From an uncultured cyanobacterium (GTDB lineage Bacteria; Cyanobacteriota; Cyanobacteriia; Cyanobacteriales; CAWCAG01), in NCBI GenBank assembly GCA_963793425.1, contig CAWCAG010000007.1:1-64000 (forward strand): a stretch of DNA of 64,000 bases, written 5' to 3'. The notes beneath the pieces were generated by a model that was given only the letters and a program-made list of their open reading frames with translations, searched no databases and had not been told where the DNA came from. A program made the translations under genes and the position numbers. Below are positions 31,001-40,199 of the stretch, piece by piece; within the stretch, counting starts at the first letter, position 1; each line of letters opens with the position of its first letter.

Positions 31001-31278
31001 AGCCAAGTACCCTCAGAACGCCGTAAGGGTTTTTTACGATTGAGAAGGCGTAATACTGATTGAGTAAGCTGGGCAACAGGCTTAGCTATTTGCCAAGCGG
31101 AAATTAAAGGTAATTCTAAAACATCCGTCAGGGAACAGAGATCAAAAGGAGTCAAGCTTTTGACACTCATATCTTGAACCATACGAAAAGCAACACTAGA
31201 TACCTCCGCACCGGGGTGTCCTAGTTGTGCGAGTTTAATGTGGCGTTCTGCTAACCACTGCTTAATCTTGAGGCTCAT
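28096..31278 (-). CDS. NACHT-like NTPase with C-terminal pentapeptide repeats
   Basis: GESGFGKT, LLILDGLDE, FTHPSLGEFL, A(N/D)Lxx repeats, acidic tail. Confidence 0.88.
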   Translation of the reverse strand: MSLKIKQWLAERHIKLAQLGHPGAEVSSVAFRMVQDMSVKSLTPFDLCSLTDVLELPLISAWQIAKPVAQLTQSVLRLLNRKKPLRRSEGTWLAFQVAYLNALQQILEQEAAIRRPWINRTHLMREEDFDEPLIDIQLQAFLKTLRPGKLSDTQAEQALSTIGSSLLVKQMNNLAIAWFIANGTEETEAKLIAQRLINGLPGHLLTTITENTLALAQLQKFAGLGKFSERRRQQAESEDFDPRLVSDEFVINQNREEYRAQLLKNLSQPLMADPFALKDIYVPLKATTLRGDEIEVTETRRQVDLMEWAESQLEDPQTIAVVEGESGFGKTSFCQIWAAQVAQELYPEWMPVIIRLREVKLGENLEQTLDSAFPLANFRDTDGWLGNSAIPCLLILDGLDELPPHPQRFRPTPEVLLEQIFHFHRQCLASQPPRKHKIMLTAKQLTSEILNRKYKADNVFVAHNQIQRVQIQPMAQEEWRKWFVHWKNVQSPAIAQAYFSFLKQEGLFTKGPQEKPLAALVRQPWMLYILGILYRDGLLEENLLQMKLPQAKFEVYDRTCRWLLGQPYPGSNQMPELVREGLAHAYRTPEAIAHLLGGRDPEQIRADIQQLAFKIWQTGDWSWTISEKKEDISYPLPAFFFHSLPSPQAEATLPVPNPIPPIPHPNFPITFTHPSLGEFLSAEEIAQKLMRITCQVRDRYGEKSFVLNSAREVAQYLYQYLGYGILSVEMQNLLVERLWREEQKNQANFSFAILFEKLYSFYQGYCYGRWLDERLVSQAHSQLRKLGNPLNLLQFNAAVGLNIFILLCVTSRLASIPFFPCGNPEQPECFDARRLLLFMGQSMVLSHSCFGNRIRDNLTKIQLVSASLPNLVLPQANFKKANLSLAELRNASLSEANFKDADLTWTNLTGANLIKANLNNANLEGADLSGANLLGANLAGAKLKNVCLFAAKLDDANRIFATDSGALFSVEEYEKYLSSLGSGAETEEALENDFPEVKEGVTWTIESVEGEPLLPKSAWDDTSFGTATGGEDNTQALEELMPIDSEEEEDDNNDGATVML

Positions 31279-31485
31279 ATAAATTTAATAATTCTAATAC
31301 TGGGCCCATCTTGATTTTTAAACTTAATACAATATGACAAGTCAGAAAATACTTGCTATTAACTCTTTCTTGGTAGTTAATTACTAGTATTGGGCAACAA
31401 AGTCTTAACTGTTGATTCCGGAATAGGCATTCCGGAAGTCTGTTCTCGGTTATTGATTATTCTCTAGTGGCAGTAGCTCCTATCC

Positions 31486-33291
31486 GTGGTCAAAAGATAT
31501 CGTGCATCTTCAAATTTTCAGCCCCGTAAACGACGGGGACGTAAAGTTATCAGGTTAACAGAGTTAACTTCTGTATCTACTGAGCAAACTAGACAGGATA
31601 AAGAAAAATCAATCCTCGTCCGTAATTATGATCATAAACCTCAAAAAAAAGGCGGCTTTTGGCGCTTATTGGTGTTTTGGTTTAATGTACTCCTAATTGT
31701 GGGCGGGAGTGCCTCTTTAGGTATTTTATGGTTAACTAAGTTACCACCCCAGGTAGATTGCCGAGAACTATCTCCTTTAGCAGCAGATAGCGATCGCTTA
31801 TTCTGTGTCCAAAAAAGAGCAGAATCAGGGGAATTAGCCTCTCTTGCCAAGGCAATTAATCTCGTAGCACCTTGGCAAGAAAATCATCCTCTTTATCCTG
31901 AAGCCCAACGTTTATTGGGAACTTGGTCAGGAGAAGTTTTACAAATGGCCCAGGGCAAAATTAGCCGGGGTAAATTTGAAGCTGCTGTGAAGACAGCGAA
32001 AAAAATTCCCGTTACAAGTCCTTTATACCCTGAAGCACGAGCAGCGATCGCAGCTTGGGAACATCAATGGCAGTTAGGAAAAGAAATTATTGCCCAATTT
32101 GAGAATGCCCTGAAAAACCAGAACTGGCAACAAGCAACCCAATTACTGCCTGAACTTTCTCAATTGAAGATGAAATACTGGCAAGAAGTTGGTATAGATG
32201 AGTTGATGGTTAGATTGACAAAAGAAAAGTCTGCTTGGCAGCAGTTGCAAGATGCTCAGGAAATTGCTAAACCCAATACTCCTCAAGCTTTAGGAGAAGG
32301 GATTGCCTTAATTGGCAAAATTGGGACTCAAACCTATGCTAAAGCTGAAGGGGAAAGAGTGCAAAGTATTTGGGGACGCAAGTTGTTAACTACGGCTGGG
32401 GAACTTGTTAATCAACAAAAGTTCGTTGAGGCAATTGCTGTAGCCAGTTATATTCCTGGTGATAGTAAGCTTTACCCGGAAGCAGAAGATTGGATTGTTT
32501 TAAGCCAGGCTTCCCAAGCGGCTCAGAAACAAAATATGATTACTTATTTAGATGCCTTGTCTGGTTTAGAGAAAATTGATAGTCAAAGCCCCATATATGA
32601 AAAAGCTCAACAGAAAGCCTCTCAATGGCAAGGTCAATTGCAAGATAAAATGCAACTGAGACTTGCTCGTACTACCGCTCAGTTGGGTTATCAACCTAGT
32701 TTAGACTTAGCAGTAGCCCAAGCCCAAAAAATAGAGCCAGGAAGCCCAGGAAGGATAGAAGCTCAAACCTGGATTGCTAAATGGGGGAAAGATTTAGCTT
32801 TTATTGAAGACCGTTTTCTGTTAGCAGAAGCTAAGAAAATTGCCGTTGGGGGTAATACAGATGCTTTGAAAGGGGCTATTGCTAAGGCACAAGGAATTGT
32901 GAAGGGTCGTCCTCTGCGTATTGAAGCTCAAACCTGGATTGCTTGGTGGGACAAAGAAATTAAAATTCTTGAAGATCAACCAACCCTAGATTTAGCAAAA
33001 GGATTTGCCCAAAGAGGTGAATTGGCAACAGCGATTGAAACAGTACAAAAAATTAGTTCTAACCGTCCTCTTTACCCAGAAGCCCAAAGTCTCGCGGTAC
33101 AATGGTCACAAGAGATTAAAGAGGCCCAAGACCGCGAAATCTTACAAACAGCCGCAATCTTAGCTCAACAAGGCGACCTGAAAGGGGCCATTGCCCAAGC
33201 TACAGCAATTCCAGCCAACCGCCCTCTTTATCAAGAAGCACAAATTGCGATCGCCGCTTGGAAGCTACAGCTACAGAAAGAAAAACCTTGA
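31486..33291 (+). CDS. Membrane-anchored helical-repeat protein
   Basis: One TM, then recurring IPxxxPLYxEAQ..I..W units. Confidence 0.8.
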   Translation: MVKRYRASSNFQPRKRRGRKVIRLTELTSVSTEQTRQDKEKSILVRNYDHKPQKKGGFWRLLVFWFNVLLIVGGSASLGILWLTKLPPQVDCRELSPLAADSDRLFCVQKRAESGELASLAKAINLVAPWQENHPLYPEAQRLLGTWSGEVLQMAQGKISRGKFEAAVKTAKKIPVTSPLYPEARAAIAAWEHQWQLGKEIIAQFENALKNQNWQQATQLLPELSQLKMKYWQEVGIDELMVRLTKEKSAWQQLQDAQEIAKPNTPQALGEGIALIGKIGTQTYAKAEGERVQSIWGRKLLTTAGELVNQQKFVEAIAVASYIPGDSKLYPEAEDWIVLSQASQAAQKQNMITYLDALSGLEKIDSQSPIYEKAQQKASQWQGQLQDKMQLRLARTTAQLGYQPSLDLAVAQAQKIEPGSPGRIEAQTWIAKWGKDLAFIEDRFLLAEAKKIAVGGNTDALKGAIAKAQGIVKGRPLRIEAQTWIAWWDKEIKILEDQPTLDLAKGFAQRGELATAIETVQKISSNRPLYPEAQSLAVQWSQEIKEAQDREILQTAAILAQQGDLKGAIAQATAIPANRPLYQEAQIAIAAWKLQLQKEKP

Positions 33292-33363
33292 ATCTGTTAA
33301 TCTGTAATATCTGGGTTTTTTGCTAGTGGCTAATTGCTAGTAAGGAATAGTAATAGTACTATC

Positions 33364-33420
33364 ACTCCCCAGCTCCCCAGCTCCCCAGCTCCCCAGCTCC
33401 CTAATTCCCCAACTCCCTTC
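33364..33420. repeat. STRR-type octamer repeat (CCCCAGCT)n
   Basis: Seen directly. Confidence 0.8.
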
Positions 33421-33424
33421 CTAA

Positions 33425-35140
33425 ATGAGCGACGATAAAATTAAACTAGTTCTCATTGATGATGATCCTGTTTTTCAGTTGGGTCTATCTGCGGCTTTCC
33501 CTGCTTATACGGACTTAGAAATTGTGGGTAGAGGGGAAGCGGCTAGGTTGGCAGAAATATTGGCTTCTTTGGGGCAGGATGTTTCTTTGGTAATTTTGTT
33601 AGCCTCTGGAGATAATTTTCCTTGGCAGTTGTGCCAAAGCGTTAAACAGGATTATCCTCACAGCAAAATTCTGTTGTTATTGACTCAAGTAAATTTAGAG
33701 TTAGTTGCTACTGCTAAAGCATCAGGAGTTAAGGGTTACTGTCTTAAAGGAATTGCGATCGCTGATTTAGTTGAGGCTATTTGTCAAGTCGCAGTAGGAG
33801 AAGAATATTGGCCAGAATCATCTACTTCTAACTCTAACCTCAACAAGTCTTTGCCCAAACCTGTACGCCCACCTCAATGGTTGTACAATATGCGCCAATC
33901 GGGGTTACAACAAATTGAAGATAGTCTCGTTCAAGTCAAAGCTTCTTTACAAAAACCCCAGTTAACTCTTCTGGATCTTTGGTATTGGCAAGGTAGGCAT
34001 CGGGAGTTAGTTACTGCACGGTGGTTGGTTAATCAGCTTTTGCCGGTGGAAGTTATTCTTGAACAAGCTAATAGTCAGAAGATTCCCAAATCCTCTTCTA
34101 GTTTGGTAATTTCTCCTAACTCTGTTATCCCAGCTCAGCAATTTTTACTCACAGAAACTTCAGATAATTTGACTACTGCTCAATTATTATTTGCTAATAC
34201 TTTAGAAAAGATTCAATCGGGAGTTAAAAATACCACAGAACAAGTTCTTGCTATAGATGTTCTCACCGAAGATAGAAAGCAGGAGTTGCTTTATTTGGTT
34301 TTACAACAGGTAGGCAAAACTCTTGAGGAATTGACCTTTCTTAAAATTGATAGAGAGCAATTATCTCAAAGAAGAGAAGCAATTCTAAGGCAAATCTGGC
34401 AATCTGTCACTACAGATTTTTTCAGTAAGTACTATATTCCTAAATCTAATCAACCAGATTATCATCTTGTAGATTTTTTGCTACGAGATGGTGCAAGTTT
34501 TCTCGCTACAAGTAAAGAAAAAGTACCTTTTGTTATTGACTTATTTGCCTATTTAGCCATAGAAACTCCTTTTATTATTGATGATATTCCCTATCCTGTA
34601 GCTGCACCTGAATCCTTAGCAAGGGCAGAAATTATTTTACACAACTTGATTATTCAAGTAGCTAACGCAGTAATGGAGCTACTTTTAAATAATTATCCAG
34701 AAGCAGAAACTATTAAATACAATCTCTATCAAAAACGCTTCTTTTCTTCGCGGGAAATTGCTCGTTTTCGCAACGACCTTTCTTGGCAATATCGTCAAGA
34801 ATACTACCTCAATCAACCCAAAGCAATATTTGAAAGTCAGTATCGGTTGTTTTATTGCAACGGTATTAGTTTAAAGAAAACCTTTATTTATGGCTCTCGT
34901 CAAAACGAACTTAACCAACTTACCGGTTTACCCTGGTTGATTACGATTATTTTAGAAATTAGAGATGCGATCGCACCTCGCGTTCGGGCCTTAGTTGGTT
35001 TAGTTGGTAACGGTGCTGTTTATTTTCTGACTCAAGTTGTTGGCAAAGCTATTGGTTTAGTTGGTCGCGGTATTATTCAAGGAGTTGGTAATAGTTTACA
35101 AGAGGCGCGTTATGGCAAAAATAGCCACAGAGGAAAGTAA
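33425..35140 (+). CDS. Ycf55-like receiver + DUF3685 protein
   Basis: N-terminal receiver-like LIDDD; PKAIFESQY, LEIRDAIAPR. Confidence 0.85.
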   Translation: MSDDKIKLVLIDDDPVFQLGLSAAFPAYTDLEIVGRGEAARLAEILASLGQDVSLVILLASGDNFPWQLCQSVKQDYPHSKILLLLTQVNLELVATAKASGVKGYCLKGIAIADLVEAICQVAVGEEYWPESSTSNSNLNKSLPKPVRPPQWLYNMRQSGLQQIEDSLVQVKASLQKPQLTLLDLWYWQGRHRELVTARWLVNQLLPVEVILEQANSQKIPKSSSSLVISPNSVIPAQQFLLTETSDNLTTAQLLFANTLEKIQSGVKNTTEQVLAIDVLTEDRKQELLYLVLQQVGKTLEELTFLKIDREQLSQRREAILRQIWQSVTTDFFSKYYIPKSNQPDYHLVDFLLRDGASFLATSKEKVPFVIDLFAYLAIETPFIIDDIPYPVAAPESLARAEIILHNLIIQVANAVMELLLNNYPEAETIKYNLYQKRFFSSREIARFRNDLSWQYRQEYYLNQPKAIFESQYRLFYCNGISLKKTFIYGSRQNELNQLTGLPWLITIILEIRDAIAPRVRALVGLVGNGAVYFLTQVVGKAIGLVGRGIIQGVGNSLQEARYGKNSHRGK

Positions 35141-35255
35141 GCTACTAATCAAGAAGAATGTAAACAAATCGTAACAAACTCAATTAGACAAAGAAAAATC
35201 TTGCATACTAATCAGCGGAGCTAATTAATCAAGTCAAGTAAATAAACGAATCTTT

Positions 35256-37502
35256 ATGTCCCATCCTCTTCATGTTGCTTTTATCTGGCATCAACACCAA
35301 CCTTTATACAAATCTCGCAACGCTACCAAAGATAACTTAGGGGCGTACCGCTTGCCTTGGGTTCGTCTCCATGGGACAAAGGATTATTTAGATTTAGTTC
35401 TGATTTTGGAACGCTACCCCCAGCTACACCAAACCGTCAATCTAGTTCCTTCGTTAATTTTGCAGCTAGAAGATTATATTTCTAACCAAGCTATGGACCC
35501 TTATTTAGCCTTAGCTTTGACTCAAGAAGAAAAATTAGACCAAAATCAGCGCCAATTTATCATCCAGCATTTCTTTGATGCTAACCACCATACCCTTATT
35601 GATCCTCATCCCCGCTATGCCGAGTTGTATTACCAACGTCAAGATCATGGTTATGATTGGTGCTTGGAAAATTGGACAGCTAGAGAATATGGAGACTTAC
35701 TTGCTTGGCATAACTTAGCTTGGATTGATCCTCTCTTCTGGGATGATCCTGAAATTGCCACTTGGTTGGAACGGGGTAAAGATTTTAGTTTAAGCGATCG
35801 CCAACGCATCTATACCAAGCAAAAACAGATCCTCAGTCGCATTATTCCCCAACACAAAAAGATGCAGGATGCAGGGCAGTTGGAAGTTACAACAACTCCT
35901 TACACTCACCCCATTTTACCCCTATTAGCAGACACGAATTCTGGGCAAGTCGCTGTACCCGACATGGCTTTACCCCAGAAAAGATTTCAGTGGGAAGAAG
36001 ATATTCCTCGGCATTTGCAAAAAGCTTGGGATATGTATAAAGACAGATTTGGCAGGGAACCAAGGGGGTTATGGCCCTCGGAACAGTCTGTGAGTCCAGC
36101 CAGTTTACCTTATATTGCCCAACAGGGTTTTAAATGGATTTGTTCTGATGAAGCAGTTTTGGGATGGAGTATCAAGCACTTTTTCCATCGGGATGAAGTG
36201 GGTAATGTTTGGGAACCAGAATTACTCTATCGTCCTTATCGCTTAGAAACCCCCCAAGGTGACTTAGCTATTGTCTTTCGTGATCACCGCCTTTCTGACT
36301 TAATTGGCTTTACCTATGGTTCAATGGAACCCAACCATGCTGCCGCAGATTTAGTTGGGCATTTAGAAGCGATCGCCAGAACCTTAAAACAACACCAAAA
36401 CGACCAGCATAATGGTTTAGAACAGCCTTGGTTAGTTACCATCGCTTTAGATGGAGAAAACTGTTGGGAATATTATCAAAAAGACGGCTTACTCTTCCTC
36501 GAAGCCCTCTATAAAAAATTAAGCCAAGAAACAGATATTGAACTAGTAACCGTAGGAGAGTTTGTCGATAAATTCCCTCCCACAGAAACTATCCCAGCAG
36601 CCCAACTTCACAGTGGCTCTTGGGTAGATGGTAGCTTTACTACCTGGATTGGTGATCCTGCCAAAAATCGGGCTTGGGACTTATTAACTGAAGCAAGGCA
36701 AATGTTAGCTAATCATCCTGAAGCAACAGAAGAAAACAACCCTGAAGCCTGGGAAGCCTTATATGCAGCAGAAGGATCTGATTGGTTTTGGTGGTTCGGA
36801 GAAGGGCATTCTTCCAATCAAGATGCTATGTTTGACCAACTATTTCGGGAACACTTAGCAGGTATTTACCAAGCCTTAAATGAACCTGTACCTCCCCATG
36901 TCTACCACCAAGTAGAATCTCATCAAGTGAAAGGAAATCAACTACCAAGGAGTTTTATTCACCCTAATATAGATGGCTTAGGGGATGAACAAGATTGGAA
37001 CAACGCGGGACGGATTGAAGTTGGGGGTGCAAGGGGAACTATGCACCGCAGCAGCACTGTACAGCGGCTTTTTTATGGTTTAGATCACCTCAATTTTTAC
37101 CTACGTCTAGATTTTCAGGCAGGAGTTCAACCAGGTAAAGATATTCCCCCAGAAGTACATCTGTTATGGTTCTATGCAGGAAAAACTATGTTTAATGCCC
37201 CTGCACCTATTATGGATTTGCCAGATGTGGCTCCTTTAAATTATTTATTTCATCACCACTTGGGAATTAACCTAATCACTCAATCAAGCTGGTTTGAAGA
37301 AGCTAACGAGAATTATCAATGGCAGACTAGAGCTGGTCGAGCTTCTGTTGCTTTCAATCAATGCTTAGAATTAGAAGTACCTTGGGCAAATCTCCATATT
37401 CAACCAGACTATCCCCTCAGATTAATGGTGGTTTTAGCTGATCACAGCAAGTTTAAAAGCCATGTACCAGAAGGAGATTTAATTGCTCTGACTTGCCCTT
37501 GA
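35256..37502 (+). CDS. Glycoside hydrolase family 57 (amylopullulanase-like)
   Basis: WHQHQP, HPILPL, GLWPSEQ, IALDGEN, AEGSDWFWW. Confidence 0.93.
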   Translation: MSHPLHVAFIWHQHQPLYKSRNATKDNLGAYRLPWVRLHGTKDYLDLVLILERYPQLHQTVNLVPSLILQLEDYISNQAMDPYLALALTQEEKLDQNQRQFIIQHFFDANHHTLIDPHPRYAELYYQRQDHGYDWCLENWTAREYGDLLAWHNLAWIDPLFWDDPEIATWLERGKDFSLSDRQRIYTKQKQILSRIIPQHKKMQDAGQLEVTTTPYTHPILPLLADTNSGQVAVPDMALPQKRFQWEEDIPRHLQKAWDMYKDRFGREPRGLWPSEQSVSPASLPYIAQQGFKWICSDEAVLGWSIKHFFHRDEVGNVWEPELLYRPYRLETPQGDLAIVFRDHRLSDLIGFTYGSMEPNHAAADLVGHLEAIARTLKQHQNDQHNGLEQPWLVTIALDGENCWEYYQKDGLLFLEALYKKLSQETDIELVTVGEFVDKFPPTETIPAAQLHSGSWVDGSFTTWIGDPAKNRAWDLLTEARQMLANHPEATEENNPEAWEALYAAEGSDWFWWFGEGHSSNQDAMFDQLFREHLAGIYQALNEPVPPHVYHQVESHQVKGNQLPRSFIHPNIDGLGDEQDWNNAGRIEVGGARGTMHRSSTVQRLFYGLDHLNFYLRLDFQAGVQPGKDIPPEVHLLWFYAGKTMFNAPAPIMDLPDVAPLNYLFHHHLGINLITQSSWFEEANENYQWQTRAGRASVAFNQCLELEVPWANLHIQPDYPLRLMVVLADHSKFKSHVPEGDLIALTCP

Positions 37503-37734
37503 ATCAATGATGTCTACACAAGGGCAAGCCAAATAATGTAGGGGCGACCTGCTTTCTAAGTGTTGTTGAGAAACAAGGGTTTAAATTGGGTTGCCCGTTT
37601 GTTATCAATGATGGTAGCTATAGGTAAATTGGCGATCGCCTTTAGTCACAAACTTCATCAATATAGCCTGTAACCAAGGCAAGGCTATATTGATACTAAT
37701 ATCAACTAAACTACTCATTCCGAACAGTTCTACT

Positions 37735-38019
37735 ATGCTAGCTCAAGAATCTCCCAGTAATTCTACTTTTGAAATGAAATTTCATTATATTAACGGCAAA
37801 ACTCAATCTTTTCAGATTCAACGTTTTGACAGTGCAGGGCAGACTGAACAAGATATACGCCAACATCTACGCCATTTCTTCCAAGAGAATTGGTGGATGC
37901 TGAGGACACACGAACGAACTTACATGATTAATTCTGCTAATATTCTCCATGTAGAAATAACTCCTAGCATTACCAATTACCAGGGGGAAGGGTTTCTCTG
38001 TGCGGAATTGCCAACTTAA
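37735..38019 (+). CDS. Hypothetical protein
   Basis: ORF 37690..38019, likely ATG at 37735. Confidence 0.6.
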   Translation: MLAQESPSNSTFEMKFHYINGKTQSFQIQRFDSAGQTEQDIRQHLRHFFQENWWMLRTHERTYMINSANILHVEITPSITNYQGEGFLCAELPT

Positions 38020-38369
38020 ATTAAAACACACAAGATAAATAAAAATTTAGCGTTAGAATGTTCTAAATTGGCTAACTCCTCAACAACTTTTTCCTGAAAA
38101 TAGTCATTAGGTGCTGGGTATCATACTAGACTGGTGTTTAGTTGCAGCAGGGAGTAGGAGTTTAAGAACTTCATTAGTAACCAGATTTGATATCAATAGA
38201 AAACAGTCATTCTCAATATTCAGGATATAAGTAAAGTTTTTTGAGTTACGTAAGCCCATTCATCAGGATTTTTTCTTCGAGGAGGTAAATTCCAACTCTG
38301 GGGAGAACAACTTCTACTCAAACTAGTGAACAATAACTATAATATATTCTCCTAGAATAAAAGTAGCTA

Positions 38370-39077
38370 ATGACAAGGTCTAACTGGCTTAGCCAAGCGA
38401 ATAATAATCAAGTTAAACAATCTCTTTATTATCAAAATAAAGCTTCCTTAATTCAGAGAAAAAAGAAATCTCATAGTGGAAGTAAACTAATCTTTTTAAC
38501 CTTCTTGGGATTTTTGATTCTTTGCTTCCATATTGCTAGCAACAACAAAGCTTTTTTATTAAAGCAAGCTGGTTATATCTCTCCTTTAGCTATGACAGGA
38601 GGAAACCCTTATATCCGTGCCTTGATGCGGACAATTTCTGTCAGTGAAGCTAAAGATTCTAGCCCCTACACTCTTCTGTATGGTGGTGAACATATTACAG
38701 ATTTAAGCCGTCATCCTGACCAATGTATTACTATTGTCTCAGGCCCTAACGAAGGTAACTGTAGTACTGCCGCAGGAAGATACCAAATTTTAACCACAAC
38801 CTGGCAAGAAAAAGTTAGTAAATATGGACAAGGAAATACTCAAATTTATGGTTTTCAACCCTTTTCTCAAGACCAAGTAGTTTATGCTTGGTTGAGTGAT
38901 CAACAAGCCTGGGGAGAAAATATTTCTGTATTACTTCAAGAAGGAAAAGTTGAAGAAGTTTTACAAATTCTCTCTGGGACTTGGACGAGTTTAGGCTATG
39001 GCATAGAAAATAATCAGCTTACCCCTTTGTTACCGGAAATATACGAACAGGTTTTAGCAGAAGAATTAGCTAAATAG
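38370..39077 (+). CDS. Membrane-anchored lambda-type lysozyme/muramidase
   Basis: TM segment, then ALMRTISVSE, YTLLYGG, STAAGRYQIL, SQD, WTSL. Confidence 0.85.
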   Translation: MTRSNWLSQANNNQVKQSLYYQNKASLIQRKKKSHSGSKLIFLTFLGFLILCFHIASNNKAFLLKQAGYISPLAMTGGNPYIRALMRTISVSEAKDSSPYTLLYGGEHITDLSRHPDQCITIVSGPNEGNCSTAAGRYQILTTTWQEKVSKYGQGNTQIYGFQPFSQDQVVYAWLSDQQAWGENISVLLQEGKVEEVLQILSGTWTSLGYGIENNQLTPLLPEIYEQVLAEELAK

Positions 39078-39108
39078 CTTGAGGAATAAGCTTTGGTCTG
39101 AATTCAGA

Positions 39109-39258
39109 TTACCCAGAGGAAAGCTTACCAATCTCTGCTACCCAGCGTCTGCGCTCAGAATGTTCCAGCATTAAGATATCATCTAAAGACCAGTGAAAGT
39201 GTAAGGCAATAAAGGCTACCTCTTGGTACAACTCATCCAAGGGGTAGCCAAAAATTCC
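39109..39258 (-). CDS. DUF6760-like CIS ORF, probably the -1 frameshift extension of the upstream gene (absent from ORF track)
   Basis: GIFGYPLDELYQEVAFIALHFHWSLDDILMLEHSERRRWVAEIGKLSSG*; overlaps the upstream gene in the -1 frame. Confidence 0.8.
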   Translation of the reverse strand, partial: GIFGYPLDELYQEVAFIALHFHWSLDDILMLEHSERRRWVAEIGKLSSG

Positions 39259-39563
39259 CCCGACACACCCAATACCTCCTCTATTAAGTTGAGGCGTTGA
39301 TAAAAGTCTTGTAAGTAAGCAAAGTCTACTAAAAAGAGCTTTTGTAAGGTTTCTGGGGTAACAGTACTAAGCTGACCTAAAGAAGTGATTACCTGTGATA
39401 AAGCCACAAAAACCCGATCTTCTTGGTTATTAGTTTTATGGTATTTTTGGACAAAAATTTCATCTTTTCCTGTCGCAGGACGCATTTTTCCGTGGCGATG
39501 GACAACTCCTTGCTCATCTACAAAACCTTTGGGTAGAGTAAAGGAAAATTCAGTATAGGACAT
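39216..39563 (-). CDS. CIS tail-assembly-chaperone-like protein 2
   Basis: TEFSFTLPKGFVDEQGVVHRHGKMRPATGKDEI...LFLVDFAYLQDFY; paralog of the next gene. Confidence 0.8.
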   Translation of the reverse strand: MSYTEFSFTLPKGFVDEQGVVHRHGKMRPATGKDEIFVQKYHKTNNQEDRVFVALSQVITSLGQLSTVTPETLQKLFLVDFAYLQDFYQRLNLIEEVLGVSGEFLATPWMSCTKR

Positions 39564-39644
39564 ATCATTTCATTTATCATTAACCATTATTGGCGCTAGC
39601 CTTGCCGTAGGCTACATTAATCATTTTCCTAATTAGATGAATCT

Positions 39645-39983
39645 TTATTCCGTATTTTCTTGCGCTTTTACTTCTTTGGGTTGCTCGTTTTCTAACTCCA
39701 AACCATTGATTTGACGGTAGAATTTTTGCAAATAGTTGAGATCACAAGCAAAAAAGCCTTCAATTATAACTGGGCTGATATCATCCAAAGCTCCCAAGCG
39801 AGTTATAACCCTGGCGAGAATTAATACTGTAGCGTAGGCAGGATTTGATTTAACGCGAGGATCGCGCATGGGGGTGATTTCATCCATCGCCCGTGAAAGA
39901 CGCATTACCCCTTTGCGGTGGAGATTTCCTTCTGTATCGATGTAACCTTTTGGTAAAGTAAAATCAAACTCAGTTTGCAGCAT
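39645..39983 (-). CDS. CIS tail-assembly-chaperone-like protein 1
   Basis: TEFDFTLPKGYIDTEGNLHRKGVMRL..DEITPMRDPRVKSNPAY. Confidence 0.85.
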   Translation of the reverse strand: MLQTEFDFTLPKGYIDTEGNLHRKGVMRLSRAMDEITPMRDPRVKSNPAYATVLILARVITRLGALDDISPVIIEGFFACDLNYLQKFYRQINGLELENEQPKEVKAQENTE

Positions 39984-39985
39984 TT

Positions 39986-40114
39986 ATGTCAAATCCGGTT
40001 GGGTAACATAGGTTATTAGTTAGGGTAGGGAGTAGGGAGTAGGGAGTAGGCAGCAGGATTCCGTGAGCTTTTTTCTCAGATTTCATACTAGTTGTCAATA
40101 ACCGGATTTGATAT
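39986..40114. mobile_element. 129-bp MITE-like element with 15-bp terminal inverted repeats
   Basis: atgtcaaatccggtt ... aaccggatttgatat (14/15 complementary), enclosing (TAGGGAG)n. Confidence 0.6.
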
Positions 40115-40199
40115 TTTGGTAATTTTTTTATTGTGAGGAAGTAGAAGAATAAGACGATTAGCTGTTAGCCATTAGCCATTAGCCATTAGCAAAACCAGG

